A stretch of 64,000 nucleotides of DNA from an uncultured Bdellovibrionales bacterium (GTDB lineage Bacteria > Bdellovibrionota_C > UBA2361 > SZUA-149 > CALKYB01): NCBI GenBank assembly GCA_964510575.1, contig CAZECN010000007.1:8184-72183 (forward strand). Direction: 5' to 3'. Under the pieces are notes generated by a model that was not told the DNA's origin, did not search any database, and saw nothing but the letters and a program-made list of their open reading frames with translations. Position 1 is the first letter of the stretch; every line of letters begins with the position of its first letter. Positions 38,204 through 48,286 of the stretch are shown here, in pieces. Both the position numbers and the translations under genes were made by a program.

Positions 38204-38971
38204 CTAAAATCCTGTCAGCTTTCTATTTTCAATAAACTTTCCGTATGCATCATCGCTCAACCAGTACTGAAGCATATTTCCCACACCTCTGGCTGTGATA
38301 GTTGCGCCTGATAAACCATCGACTTTATAGACAGCATCAGCTTTGGAAGTATCAACTTTCCCCTTAATAACGTTAATTCTGGGTCTACCGTCGTCTCCGT
38401 ATATTTTCTTTCCATCCCAGAGAGCCTTCCACTTAGGATTATCCACTTCACCACCTAACCCGGGAGTCTCAGCATGCTCATAAAAACTGAGCGCCTTAAT
38501 TGTGTTGAAGTCTACGTCGACAGCAAGAAAGCCATAGAGAGTAGACCAAAGGCCTTTACCATGAACTGGCAGGATAAATCTCTCTACATTTCCACCGCTC
38601 TTAACCAAATAGACGGGAGCGAGATTAGCTCTCCTTCCGATTCCAGCTACATCAGCCTCTATAGCTTTACTACTGGACGGGTCTTTAGCTGCCTTCCTTT
38701 GATCATAGTCCGAAGCGACAATGGAGCTGTCGTATTCTCCAGTAGACAGATTGACCAACCGAGCTTCAATGTTGTCAGAAAAAAGCTTCTCAATATCTCC
38801 ACCCTCTTCGAACAACCCTGCCGCGGAAAGAATGTTCTGTTTCTTATCAAGAAGTTTATTTCGCTCCTGATCAGCTCGCAAACTAATCGCTGAGCTTGAA
38901 ACAATTACCGAGCAGATAATGCAAAGCAAGGTCGCTACTAGGAATGTTTTACTTACTGAATCGTTAGACAT
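38204..38971 (-). CDS. nqrC: Na+-NQR subunit C
   Basis: N-terminal TM segment and the FMN-attachment motif LSGATIT. Confidence 0.9.
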   Translation of the reverse strand: MSNDSVSKTFLVATLLCIICSVIVSSSAISLRADQERNKLLDKKQNILSAAGLFEEGGDIEKLFSDNIEARLVNLSTGEYDSSIVASDYDQRKAAKDPSSSKAIEADVAGIGRRANLAPVYLVKSGGNVERFILPVHGKGLWSTLYGFLAVDVDFNTIKALSFYEHAETPGLGGEVDNPKWKALWDGKKIYGDDGRPRINVIKGKVDTSKADAVYKVDGLSGATITARGVGNMLQYWLSDDAYGKFIENRKLTGF

Positions 38972-40184
38972 AGCTTAACTGAGCTCTCGCCTCTCTTCTT
39001 TTAATATTCGACCTGACAACATAGTAATCAATTAGTGGCGCAAAAACGTTACCAAACAGAATCGCCAACATAATACCCTCTGGAAAGGCTGGGTTAATGA
39101 CTCGAATCAAAATCGCCATAAAACCAATCAGCAGCCCGTAATAGTATTTACCCTTATTGGTAAAAGCAGCTGAAACAGGGTCTGTAGCCATGAAAACGAT
39201 ACCGAAGGACAATCCACCAACTATGAAATGCCAAATAGGGGGCATTCCAAACATCGGATTGGTGTCACTACCGATTGCATAAAGAAGGCTAGCTGTAAGG
39301 AAAGCCCCTATGGTGGTACTAAGCATTATTCTCCAGGAACCAACACCACTGGCTATAAGAACCCCTGCACCTATCAAACAAGCTAAGGTTGAGGTCTCAC
39401 CCATTGAACCTTGGATAGTTCCAAAAAAGCAGCTCAAGAAGTCATAGTTTTGATAGACTGCGGTCATTCCATCCGCAGCAGCCATTCCAAGTGCGGATGC
39501 TCCACTAAAGCCATCAACCGCTGTCCACACGGTGTCGCCAGAAATTTCGGCCGGATAGGCAAAATAAAGAAAGGCCCTAGCTGTCAAAGCAGGGTTTAGA
39601 AAGTTCTTACCTGTTCCACCAAAAACCTCCTTGGCAAAAACAACACCAAAAATTATTCCAACAGCTACCTGCCAAAGAGGAATAGTTGGCGGCAATGTCA
39701 GCGGATAGAGCATTCCCGTGACCAGGAATCCTTCGTTGATCTCATGTTTTCTAACGCAGGAAAAAATTGCCTCAGTCAAACCACCGGCAATATTAGCAAC
39801 CAGAAAAACTGGAATAAAATACAAAGCCCCGTGTACACCATTTGCGAGAATGTTTGATGGGTCGTAACCGATACCAAGCCATTCTATAACTACTGCTCTC
39901 CAGCCTGTAGTCTCAGTTAAACCCAAATCGGCCATCGCTAGGTTTGCCTGATAGCCGGTGTTAAAAAGGGCAAATAGAATGCAAGGTCCTAGAGCAAAAA
40001 CTACCGTAATCATCATTCGCTTCAGGTCGAGACCATCACGAACATGAGAAGCGCCACTTGTAACTTCACCAGGAGTATACAAAAAAGTATCGATCGCTTC
40101 GTAAAGGGGGTAAAGTAGTTCTAACTTACCGCCCTTGTGAAACTGAGGCTCGATATTGTCAAGCAATCCGCGAAGAGCTTTCAT
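38964..40184 (-). CDS. nqrB: Na+-NQR subunit B
   Basis: 406-aa polytopic protein with the flavinylation motif DGFSGAS. Overlaps the nqrC start. Confidence 0.95.
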   Translation of the reverse strand: MKALRGLLDNIEPQFHKGGKLELLYPLYEAIDTFLYTPGEVTSGASHVRDGLDLKRMMITVVFALGPCILFALFNTGYQANLAMADLGLTETTGWRAVVIEWLGIGYDPSNILANGVHGALYFIPVFLVANIAGGLTEAIFSCVRKHEINEGFLVTGMLYPLTLPPTIPLWQVAVGIIFGVVFAKEVFGGTGKNFLNPALTARAFLYFAYPAEISGDTVWTAVDGFSGASALGMAAADGMTAVYQNYDFLSCFFGTIQGSMGETSTLACLIGAGVLIASGVGSWRIMLSTTIGAFLTASLLYAIGSDTNPMFGMPPIWHFIVGGLSFGIVFMATDPVSAAFTNKGKYYYGLLIGFMAILIRVINPAFPEGIMLAILFGNVFAPLIDYYVVRSNIKRREARAQLSYV

Positions 40185-40189
40185 TCCAA

Positions 40190-41551
40190 CTATCCTTCTT
40201 TTTCAATTGTTGTAAGCATGTTCCTCAAGAGCGGACCGTATTCCGTCTTGCCAGGACAAACAAAAGTACATAGTCCTAAATCTTCCTCATCCAACTCCAG
40301 CACCCCGAGCTTGACCGCAGTCTCAAGATCTTGCGAAACCAAAGATCGAAGCAAGTAAGTTGGTATGATGTCCAGTGGAACGACATCTTCGTACATTCCT
40401 ATTGGAACCATGGCACGCTTACTGCCATGAGTAGCAGAACTTAAAGGAAATTTTCGCCCAGGAAACATTGTTGAAGCATAAACTTTTCTAGTCGAGAATT
40501 TCTCAAATCCTGGCATCTGCCATCCTAGAAGCTCGCGTTTGTCATCTTCTTCGATAACGGAAATCTGATTGTGATACCGCCCTAGGAAATTTACTGGAAA
40601 CTTGCTTGCATTATGACCAGAAAGTAGCGGACCTGAGATTACCCTAACTGCACCATCTTCAAGCTCATCACGAATCAAATCATCAATACAGGCTCCAAGT
40701 CTGGCCTTTATCAAGCGAGGATTTTTAACCTTAGGGCCAGCCAAAGCCACCACCCGTTCAGTCCATAGTTCTCCCGTGAGTAGTAGCTTTCCAATGGCGA
40801 TTACATCCTGATAACCAACATGCCAAACCGTCTTATTCTCGTTGACCGGATCAACCAAGTGAATATGAGTTCCAACGAGTCCTGCAGGATGTGGCCCCTT
40901 GAATTCGTGACACTTAACTCTGTCAGTTGCTGGAACTTGAACCCCAGACCCAGGCGCCCTACCAACAAAAACTTTCCCCTTAGTAAGAGAACCTAGAGCT
41001 TTAAGACCATTCTCAAAATCAGTCGCATGCTCATTAATTACCCAATAAGGATCAGGTGAAAGAGCATTCGTGTCCATTGCGCTAACGAAAATGGAACTAG
41101 GCCTAGAATCAATAGCGGGCACCCGGCTGAATGGCCGAGTTCTAATTGCAGTCCAAAGACCGGACTTAACCAAAATTTCTCTAATCTTGTCTTCTTTGCC
41201 AGACTCGAGCTCGCCGGAACTAACCGTTGGAAACTTTTCTGCCGAGCGGGAACCACAGCTAATAACGATCGATTTGAAAGCTCTTTTCTCACCACGATTT
41301 ATCGACTGAACTTTTCCTGCGGCTGGTGATGTAAAAATAACGCCCGGGTTTTTCTTGTCTTCGAAAAGAGGCTGGCCAATCTGAACACTGTCCCCTTCTT
41401 TAACTAGCATGGTAGGCTTCATACCTACATAATCATCCCCTAACAGAGCTACTGTAGAAGCATCTCTTGCTGGTTGGATTTTCTGGTTAGGCTCACCGGT
41501 AATTGGCAAGTTTAGACCCTTTCTCAGTTTGTGCCTCTTGAATTCACTCAT
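40190..41551 (-). CDS. nqrA: Na+-NQR subunit A
   Basis: 453-aa soluble subunit with an NqrA-type N-terminus ([17 protein letters not shown]). First gene of the cluster. Confidence 0.95.
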   Translation of the reverse strand: MSEFKRHKLRKGLNLPITGEPNQKIQPARDASTVALLGDDYVGMKPTMLVKEGDSVQIGQPLFEDKKNPGVIFTSPAAGKVQSINRGEKRAFKSIVISCGSRSAEKFPTVSSGELESGKEDKIREILVKSGLWTAIRTRPFSRVPAIDSRPSSIFVSAMDTNALSPDPYWVINEHATDFENGLKALGSLTKGKVFVGRAPGSGVQVPATDRVKCHEFKGPHPAGLVGTHIHLVDPVNENKTVWHVGYQDVIAIGKLLLTGELWTERVVALAGPKVKNPRLIKARLGACIDDLIRDELEDGAVRVISGPLLSGHNASKFPVNFLGRYHNQISVIEEDDKRELLGWQMPGFEKFSTRKVYASTMFPGRKFPLSSATHGSKRAMVPIGMYEDVVPLDIIPTYLLRSLVSQDLETAVKLGVLELDEEDLGLCTFVCPGKTEYGPLLRNMLTTIEKEG

Positions 41552-41607
41552 TCTCTAGTCCAGTTTTAACGACAAAAGTCGGTGCCTTTGTGTGATTTTT
41601 GGTCCTC

Positions 41608-41669
41608 GTATACTGAAACCGTTTTACGGAATTGACCAGTAAATTAACCTCACTAGGGTTTAAGTATAC
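41608..41669. repeat. palindromic element (gaaac subfamily)
   Basis: Stem gtatactgaaacc / gggtttaagtatac (12 of 13 bp) with a 35-nt loop containing acggaatt. Confidence 0.7.
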
Positions 41670-41696
41670 ACTTTGTGTCAGCAAAGCCGTTAGACA

Positions 41697-41766
41697 GATA
41701 TACCCCAAGAAAACTTGTCTTAAAGCGTGGCCTCGCAAGAAAATCATAAGACAGAGGGGAAATATC
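41697..41766. repeat. palindromic element, degenerate (cccc subfamily)
   Basis: Arms gatatacccc / ggggaaatatc (one bulge). An inner secondary stem tgtctta / taagaca is also present. Confidence 0.45.
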
Positions 41767-41860
41767 CTTCTTCTTAACCCTTTTCTTGCCATGAGCTGCG
41801 CTCTTGAAAGCCATATTTCAGGTTTCAGTATCTTGTCTTTTGGCAGTGCTTTCGCACTGC

Positions 41861-41917
41861 ATATACCCCGTTACAGCGGTTATAAAAAAATAAAAAGTCG
41901 TAATTTGCGGGGTATAT
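41861..41917. repeat. palindromic element (cccg subfamily)
   Basis: Perfect 10-bp stem atataccccg / cggggtatat with a 37-nt A-rich loop ending gtcgtaatttg. Confidence 0.8.
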
Positions 41918-42179
41918 ACGGGATTTCACACCTGTATACAATACAATCGTAAGCAATCTCGAAACTAAAATTTACTTGAAGTTTTCAGGAGTTAGTTCAA
42001 GGAAGTATTGGCTGTATACCCGAGCGTCTTAGTGCCCGAATAGACTAGGACATGTGGAAAACATATTAACCTTTTATTACTAATTTAGTCTTATTTCCTC
42101 GCCCTGGATCTGATTCAAATATCTGCTATTTCTAGAACAACAAATTTTCTTTGGAACCCGTTTTTAAGGAGTCTTGAAA

Positions 42180-42668
42180 TTGCCATCATTCGATATTGTC
42201 TCAGAAGTTGATTTTCATGAAATTGATAATGCCCTTTCCCAGGTTAGAAAAGAGATCGACACCCGTTACGATTTCAGAGGGGGCAAGAACAAGGTCCAGT
42301 ATGAAGAAGGTGTGATCACTCTAATTGGAGATGATGACATGAAGATGGAAGCTATGAGGCAAATGCTCAACCAGAAAATGGCAAAAAGGGGTGTCTCTAC
42401 TCGAGCTCTTGACTATCAGAATGTTGAAGACGCTTCTGGTTCTCAAAAGAAGCAAGTCGTGAAAATAAAAAATGGTATCACGACGGATGAAGGGAAAAAG
42501 CTGGTCAAATTAATAAAAGACCAAAAACTAAAGAAGATCCAGGCCAGCGTTCAACAAGAACAAGTCCGAGTTACGGGGCCTAAACGCGATGCCCTTCAAG
42601 ATGTAATAACATTCTTAAAGGACAACGTTAATGACCTGGAACTTCAGTTTACAAATTTCAGAGACTAA
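42180..42668 (+). CDS. yajQ: YajQ-family nucleotide (c-di-GMP)-binding protein
   Basis: (M)PSFDIVSEVDFHEIDNALSQVRKEIDTRYDFRG matches the YajQ/UPF0234 N-terminus. TTG 42180 lies 8 nt after AAGGAG; the ORF-track start at 42174 is also possible. Confidence 0.85.
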   Translation: MPSFDIVSEVDFHEIDNALSQVRKEIDTRYDFRGGKNKVQYEEGVITLIGDDDMKMEAMRQMLNQKMAKRGVSTRALDYQNVEDASGSQKKQVVKIKNGITTDEGKKLVKLIKDQKLKKIQASVQQEQVRVTGPKRDALQDVITFLKDNVNDLELQFTNFRD

Positions 42669-42976
42669 GCAGGCGCTTTCTGCGACTTACTTTCCTTCTT
42701 TGACTTCTTCTCTTTAGGAGCAGCTTCGGCTTTACTGCTATCTCCCTTATCTTTAGATGAAGCAATTTTGGTTTCATCATCTGAGAGAAACCACAGAGCC
42801 GTGACACCTAGTGCCGCAATAATCAGCAATGGAAAAGTGAGCTTCCACAGGATTCCTGAAAAATAACCGACAGCAAATATCATCCCGGCGACGAACAATG
42901 GGTTTTGCCCCACCTTTTGATTTAACTGCTCACCAAAACCACTCGCCTTGCTTTGAATATCAGACCTTTTCATCAA
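42665..42976 (-). CDS. hypothetical small membrane protein with Lys-rich tail
   Basis: 103 aa with two hydrophobic segments and a C-terminal KEKKSKKESKSQK tail. Overlaps the yajQ stop convergently. Confidence 0.45.
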   Translation of the reverse strand: MMKRSDIQSKASGFGEQLNQKVGQNPLFVAGMIFAVGYFSGILWKLTFPLLIIAALGVTALWFLSDDETKIASSKDKGDSSKAEAAPKEKKSKKESKSQKAPA

Positions 42977-43167
42977 CTTTTCTCCCGAACTAAAATTAAA
43001 CTCTCTCGCTCATACTGGTAACGCGGGGGTCACCAAGGCCAGATGTTTCACAACAACTTTATTTGTTCTATATGATGACTCTATTATAGAACTGCTGCGA
43101 GATTATATGATTTTTCATTTCGAAACATTTTCCAGCACTAAATTTATCTTTTTAAACGAATCTCTTT

Positions 43168-44355
43168 ATGGCTATGGGCAAGAGCAACTACGATAAGCTG
43201 GGAGCTTCAGCCTCCAAAGCAGGTTTACACAAAGCCCTAGATCTAGCGGGAGCTGAGCATCAAGCAAGCCATTTTGCCCAGCTGACACCTGATATCGCGG
43301 GTGATGCCGACTACAGTTCTTTTCTTCATTGCGATGGTGCCGGAACTAAATCAGTGACTGCATATATTGCAGCCCAAGAGTCTGGGGACCCCAAGTGGTA
43401 CAGAGGACTAGCCCAAGATGCTTTAGTGATGAACCTTGATGATGTTATCTGTTTGGGCAAACCAGAAGGTCTAGTTGTTGCCAATCTTTTAAACAGAAAC
43501 GCCCAGCTCGTAGGCGACGAAGTAATCGCGGAGATAATATCCTCATACATTGAACTACAAAAAAACCTTTCTAACTACGATGTCAACTTCACCTTAGGCG
43601 GTGGAGAAACCGCTGATTGTGGAGATGTCACTAGAACCTTGGCAGTTGATGCTGTCATTGCAGGACGCATTGCACACTCGAATCTACTTTCAACTGACAA
43701 TATAAAACCTGGCCAAGTTATTGTTGGACTATCAGGCGCAGGCAAAGCCTCTTGGGAGAATATTGAGAACTCCGGCATAGGCTCAAATGGGTTAACCCTT
43801 GCCCGCCATACTCTGCTTAAGAAAGAATACTGTGAAAAATACCCAGAAGTTGTAGACCCCAACACGGACAGTTCAGTTGTATATACTGGACCTTTCGCAG
43901 TGGATGATAATCCCAATGGACTTGGAATGACTGTGGGAGAAGCACTTCTTTCTCCCACCAGAACGTTCGCTCCCGTCCTAATTAAAATTTTCGAGTCTGA
44001 GTTTGATAAAATTTCGGCTTGTATTCATGTTTCAGGTGGAGCGCTAAGTAAAGTAATTCGTTTTGGAAAAGGAAATATTTACGTCAAAGACCAGTTACTT
44101 CCAATTCCAGCAATCTTCAATTTGATTCAAGAAACTGGAAACATACCTTGGAAGGAAATGTATCAAGTCTTCAATATGGGGCAGCGTATGGAGGTATATT
44201 GCGAGCAATCTGCGGCTGACTCCATCATAAAAACATCCGAGTCTATGGGTGTTGAAGCTGGAATAATTGGTCGAGTTGAAAAAAACCCTGACTCCGACAG
44301 CCAAAACATAGTAAAGGTGGATAGCCCAAACGGAAGTTTTGAATATCAGCTGTAA
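43168..44355 (+). CDS. purM: phosphoribosylformylglycinamidine cyclo-ligase (long PurM form)
   Basis: YDKLGASASKAGLHKAL...LHCDGAGTKS...GGETAD...GSNGLTLARH. To my recollection this matches the ~390-aa AIR-synthase type seen in Bacteroidota-like lineages. Confidence 0.8.
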   Translation: MAMGKSNYDKLGASASKAGLHKALDLAGAEHQASHFAQLTPDIAGDADYSSFLHCDGAGTKSVTAYIAAQESGDPKWYRGLAQDALVMNLDDVICLGKPEGLVVANLLNRNAQLVGDEVIAEIISSYIELQKNLSNYDVNFTLGGGETADCGDVTRTLAVDAVIAGRIAHSNLLSTDNIKPGQVIVGLSGAGKASWENIENSGIGSNGLTLARHTLLKKEYCEKYPEVVDPNTDSSVVYTGPFAVDDNPNGLGMTVGEALLSPTRTFAPVLIKIFESEFDKISACIHVSGGALSKVIRFGKGNIYVKDQLLPIPAIFNLIQETGNIPWKEMYQVFNMGQRMEVYCEQSAADSIIKTSESMGVEAGIIGRVEKNPDSDSQNIVKVDSPNGSFEYQL

Positions 44356-44422
44356 GCAATTTCGAGGCTTTCGGGTGGCACTAACATCCAGTTTTCGATG
44401 AACCAAGATATTTTCAATTCCT

Positions 44423-45070
44423 GTGAACTCTAAGCAAGACCTGCGCCCCCAAGGAACAACTCTAACAAACTCCCGCTGGGGTAACAGTGATCACACTGAC
44501 ATCGACGCTCCTCGTCCCGATGACATACTGGAAGAAAACCTTGGACAAAGATTCTTCAACACAGCAGCAGCATCGGGTGGACGACTCTTCTCTAAAAGCA
44601 GGGATCTGGAATCAGGTGAATGGAGTGAGCTAACTTGGGGGGAAGCTGCTAGTCAAATAGCCCGAGTAGCTTCTTTTCTGCGTGATGAACTAGGAATAAA
44701 GAAGGGCGACAAAGTTGCAGTCCTATCCTTCACCAGAGTCGAGTGGGCCTTGGCAGACCTGGCTATTTTAAGTTTAGGAGCCATATCCACTCCGGTTTAC
44801 CATTCGTTAACTTCTTCCGAAGCTGCTTTTATTCTCTGGAACTCCGAAGCTCAGATAATTTTTTGTGAGAACCAAGAGCAACTAGATAAGCTTGCTGAGA
44901 TTGATTCAGCCCCATCTTCAATTCCCAAAACTGAAGGTTTCGATGGCGGAAAGGTAAAACTCAATATTCAAGGCGTAATCTGCTTCGAGCAAATTCAATC
45001 AAATAATTTTCAATCTCGCCTGTACGACTGGCAGGAAATTATCAAGCCTGGAAAGTCTCCAAGGGCGTAG
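44423..45070 (+). CDS. long-chain acyl-CoA synthetase, N-terminal fragment
   Basis: Contains the N-terminal part of the AMP-binding fold (GDKVAVLSFTRVEWALADLAILSLGAISTPVY). Ends at TAG 45068-45070, just before the expected AMP-binding motif. Confidence 0.6.
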   Translation: MNSKQDLRPQGTTLTNSRWGNSDHTDIDAPRPDDILEENLGQRFFNTAAASGGRLFSKSRDLESGEWSELTWGEAASQIARVASFLRDELGIKKGDKVAVLSFTRVEWALADLAILSLGAISTPVYHSLTSSEAAFILWNSEAQIIFCENQEQLDKLAEIDSAPSSIPKTEGFDGGKVKLNIQGVICFEQIQSNNFQSRLYDWQEIIKPGKSPRA

Positions 45071-45081
45071 AAACAGCGGAA

Positions 45082-46416
45082 ATGGTTGAGCTGATTCGCT
45101 ACGACTTGGCTAAGGTTAAACGAACAGACTTAGCTTCAATAGTTTATACCTCTGGGACAACTGGCATACCGAAAGGCGTAGTTCAAACTCATGACAACCA
45201 TCTTTCCCTCCTGAACTCATTGCTTCTCAGTGGACTAATTGGAAGTGGTTCAGGCGTATTTCTATTCCTTCCCCTAGCTCACTCTTTTGCTAGATTCATT
45301 TTCTACGGAGCAATTGCTGCAGGTGGAGACTTAATTTTTCCAGCAGTAGTAAATAAAAGAAAATCAGAATTTGATGCCAAACAACTTTTTAGTGACATTC
45401 AAAGCTCTAATCCTGAAATCCTTCCCTCTGTTCCTAGAATCTATGAAAAGGTGATGACCTCAGTGCAAGGAAAGACAAGCACTGCCGGTTTAGTAATGAA
45501 GCCAATTATTGCCTGGGCAATGAGCAATTGGAAGCCACTGAAAGACAAGCTTGAACAAAAAGGTTCACTTGGGCCAGTTGATAAAACTAGGTTCGCCTTA
45601 GCTGAAAAAGTTATCAAGAAGATTAGAACATCAGTTTTTGGTAACGAGCTATCGCACTGTGTATCAGGTGGGGCTCCATTGGATGAAAAAGTAGCCAGAT
45701 TCTTTGACTCTCTGGGGATTCTAATCCTTGAGGGCTATGGACTTACTGAGACCACCCCTGCCCTTTCAGCGAACACCAAACAAAGGAACCGCTTTGGCAC
45801 CGTCGGAAGAGTTTTTAGAAATGTGGAAGTAAAACTCGAACAAGACGGAGAACTTCTTACCCGTGGACCTAACATAGCAGTCGGATATAACCGCATGCCT
45901 GAGGCCACTAAAAAATCCTTCTCAGAGGATGGTTGGTTCAGCACTGGAGACATCGCTGAAATTGACTCCGAAGGTTTTATTAAAATAACTGACAGGAAAA
46001 AGGACCTGATAGTGAATGCTGGGGGAAAAAATATTCCTCCTCAAAAAATCGAAGGGAAATTGAAGACCATACCCTTCGTGTCCCAGGCTCTGGTTTACGG
46101 CGACAGAAAACCCTACTTAGTAGGACTACTTACCCTCGACCCTGAAAACATCGCTTCATGGGCCGCCTCTAATCTATCTGGAGAGGATCATTCTCTTAGC
46201 AATCTAGCCGACCACCCTAAGGTAAGAGAGCTACTTGACGAGGAAATAGCCAAAGTTCATATCGACCTGGCTAGCTATGAAGAAATAAAACGCTACAGAA
46301 TACTGGCTGAGGACTTTACTATTGAGAATGGCTTGTTGTCCCCAACCCTTAAGCTAAAGAGAAGGAAAGTAGTAGAAAAATTCTTAAGTGAAATCGAGTC
46401 TATTTATCGAAATTAG
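45082..46416 (+). CDS. long-chain acyl-CoA synthetase, C-terminal fragment (AMP-binding motif onward)
   Basis: DLASIVYTSGTTGIPKGVVQTH, GYGLTET, TGDIAEIDSEGFIKITDRKKD. It lies in a different frame from the upstream fragment, and its frame is open back to nt 45007. Confidence 0.7.
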   Translation: MVELIRYDLAKVKRTDLASIVYTSGTTGIPKGVVQTHDNHLSLLNSLLLSGLIGSGSGVFLFLPLAHSFARFIFYGAIAAGGDLIFPAVVNKRKSEFDAKQLFSDIQSSNPEILPSVPRIYEKVMTSVQGKTSTAGLVMKPIIAWAMSNWKPLKDKLEQKGSLGPVDKTRFALAEKVIKKIRTSVFGNELSHCVSGGAPLDEKVARFFDSLGILILEGYGLTETTPALSANTKQRNRFGTVGRVFRNVEVKLEQDGELLTRGPNIAVGYNRMPEATKKSFSEDGWFSTGDIAEIDSEGFIKITDRKKDLIVNAGGKNIPPQKIEGKLKTIPFVSQALVYGDRKPYLVGLLTLDPENIASWAASNLSGEDHSLSNLADHPKVRELLDEEIAKVHIDLASYEEIKRYRILAEDFTIENGLLSPTLKLKRRKVVEKFLSEIESIYRN

Positions 46417-46423
46417 CGCGGAC

Positions 46424-47131
46424 CTAAGCTGCCCGCCTAGCCATATTATCCAGCAGCTTTTGCAGCAAAAGCTCGCCTTGTAAAAACAAATCTTTTCTAG
46501 ATAAAACCTCTTCCAGACTTTGAATTCCAGGAGCAAGGTCAGGAATTCCAACTCCCTTTCCTAGTCGATTAATACAGCTAGCGGAAAACTCTAAATGAAA
46601 CTGAAGCCCTAGTACGTTGTTCCCGTAGGAAAAAGATTGGTTCTGATAAACGCTCCCTTCGACAAGTCGCTCGGCTCCTTCAGGGAGGTCAAAGGTATCA
46701 CCATGCCATTGAACAGGAGTAAAAACTCTAGGAAAGTCTTCGAAATAAGGGGAGCTTTGACCTGCTTTTGTCAGCTTAACAGGGAACCATCCTATTTCCT
46801 TCCCAGGCTTGCCCTTGAAAACTTCAGCTCCAAGTGCCTCAGCGATCATTTGAATACCCAGACAAATCCCCAACACCTGCTTTCCAGAAGCTATGACCTG
46901 CTGAATAAATTCAATTTCCTTAGCAATCCAAGGAAATTTATCCTTATCGTAAGCCCCCATCGGCCCACCCATTACCACCAACCAGTCAAAACTGTTTAGG
47001 TCTGGAAAAGACTCACCCTCATAGATTAGGGTGCTAGAAAGATGGTGCCCCTTCTCGGTGGCCCAATTCTCTATTCGCCCAATTCCCTCAAAGGAAACAT
47101 GCCGAATGCTATGGATGCGCAATTTTCTCAA
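46424..47131 (-). CDS. class I glutamine amidotransferase-like protein
   Basis: GATase1 nucleophile elbow VLGICLGIQMIAEALG and a later His (GLQFHLE). TTG start after AGGAG. Confidence 0.75.
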   Translation of the reverse strand: MRKLRIHSIRHVSFEGIGRIENWATEKGHHLSSTLIYEGESFPDLNSFDWLVVMGGPMGAYDKDKFPWIAKEIEFIQQVIASGKQVLGICLGIQMIAEALGAEVFKGKPGKEIGWFPVKLTKAGQSSPYFEDFPRVFTPVQWHGDTFDLPEGAERLVEGSVYQNQSFSYGNNVLGLQFHLEFSASCINRLGKGVGIPDLAPGIQSLEEVLSRKDLFLQGELLLQKLLDNMARRAA

Positions 47132-47236
47132 CTCACTATTTCTCCTAACTAATACCTACAGCCTGCTGGGCCACTAGAACAACAAATAATATGTCTAATT
47201 TTGACTCATTTACTAACCCTTTGCTAAAAACCCGCC

Positions 47237-48286
47237 ATGTCAGAATCCCCACTAATGCTAAAAGCCCTACGCTTTGAAGATATTCCCCGCCCTCCAGTCT
47301 GGCTAATGCGTCAGGCTGGCAGATACATGAAGGAGTATCGAGCCCTCAAGGAACGCTACACCTTCCTGGAATTGTGCCGTTCCCCAGAACTAGCAGTAGA
47401 AGTCTCCCTGCAACCGATGAAAGAATTCGACATGGATGCTTCCATAATATTTGCAGATATCCTGTTACCTCTGGAGCCAATGGGAATCGGAATAGATTTT
47501 AACCCAGGGCCTTCAATAGAAAATAAAATTAAAACCAGCTCAGATGTTAAGGCACTAAAGACTAAAGACGTAGCCGAGCAATGCTCTTTTGTTGGCCAGG
47601 CTATTAACTCTCTCAAAAAAGAACTTAACAGCAATAGAGAAGATAAAAAGACTATTCTTGGCTTCGCTGGAGCTCCTTGGACCCTGGCTTGCTACATCTT
47701 GGATCAAGGACCGTTAAAGAATTTTGCTGGTAGTTTGGTATTTGCTAACCAAAACCCGGAAGCCACCAAACTACTGCTTAACAAACTTACTGATGTAATT
47801 GAAGAGTATTTGCTGATGCAAATCGAAGCAGGAGCTGATGCGGTTCAACTATTTGATACTTGGGCCGGACTGCTACCCGAAAAAGAGTTCCGAGATATAG
47901 CTTTCTCCCCTGCTGCTAGAATCATTGAAAAAATAAAAAAAACTGGCACGCCAATCATTTACTACGCTAATGGAGCTAGTCATCTAATACCCGCAATGCT
48001 GGAGACTGCTCCAAATTGCATTGGGATAGATTCTAGAACTCCTCTAGGCGAAACGATAGAACTAGCCAAAGTAAAAAAGATAGCGGTTCAAGGAAACTAC
48101 GAAGCAGGATCTCTTTTCAAGTCAGCTGAGTCTGTAAAAGAAGAAACTGAAAAGATGTTATCTAACTTATCTAACCCCACTGGCTATATAACCAATCTAG
48201 GTCATGGTGTCTTACAGCGAACCCCTATCGAATCTGTTCGTTCTTTTGTTGATACAGTCAAAAATTCATCCGCAACTTGGAAGTGA
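47237..48286 (+). CDS. hemE: uroporphyrinogen decarboxylase
   Basis: PPVWLMRQAGRYMKEYR signature, full length. Confidence 0.95.
   Translation: MSESPLMLKALRFEDIPRPPVWLMRQAGRYMKEYRALKERYTFLELCRSPELAVEVSLQPMKEFDMDASIIFADILLPLEPMGIGIDFNPGPSIENKIKTSSDVKALKTKDVAEQCSFVGQAINSLKKELNSNREDKKTILGFAGAPWTLACYILDQGPLKNFAGSLVFANQNPEATKLLLNKLTDVIEEYLLMQIEAGADAVQLFDTWAGLLPEKEFRDIAFSPAARIIEKIKKTGTPIIYYANGASHLIPAMLETAPNCIGIDSRTPLGETIELAKVKKIAVQGNYEAGSLFKSAESVKEETEKMLSNLSNPTGYITNLGHGVLQRTPIESVRSFVDTVKNSSATWK

Noticed and set aside
41842-41857. Sigma-54-like -24/-12 element TGGCAG-N5-TCGCA, with similar TGGCCA-N5-ACGCA at 23363-23378.
   Set aside because: The GG-N10-GC spacing fits. However, the sequence is one arm and loop of a small palindrome that recurs as a repeat linker. 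The -12 box deviates from TTGC, and the nearest downstream gene is more than 300 nt away. It is more economically explained as repeat structure.
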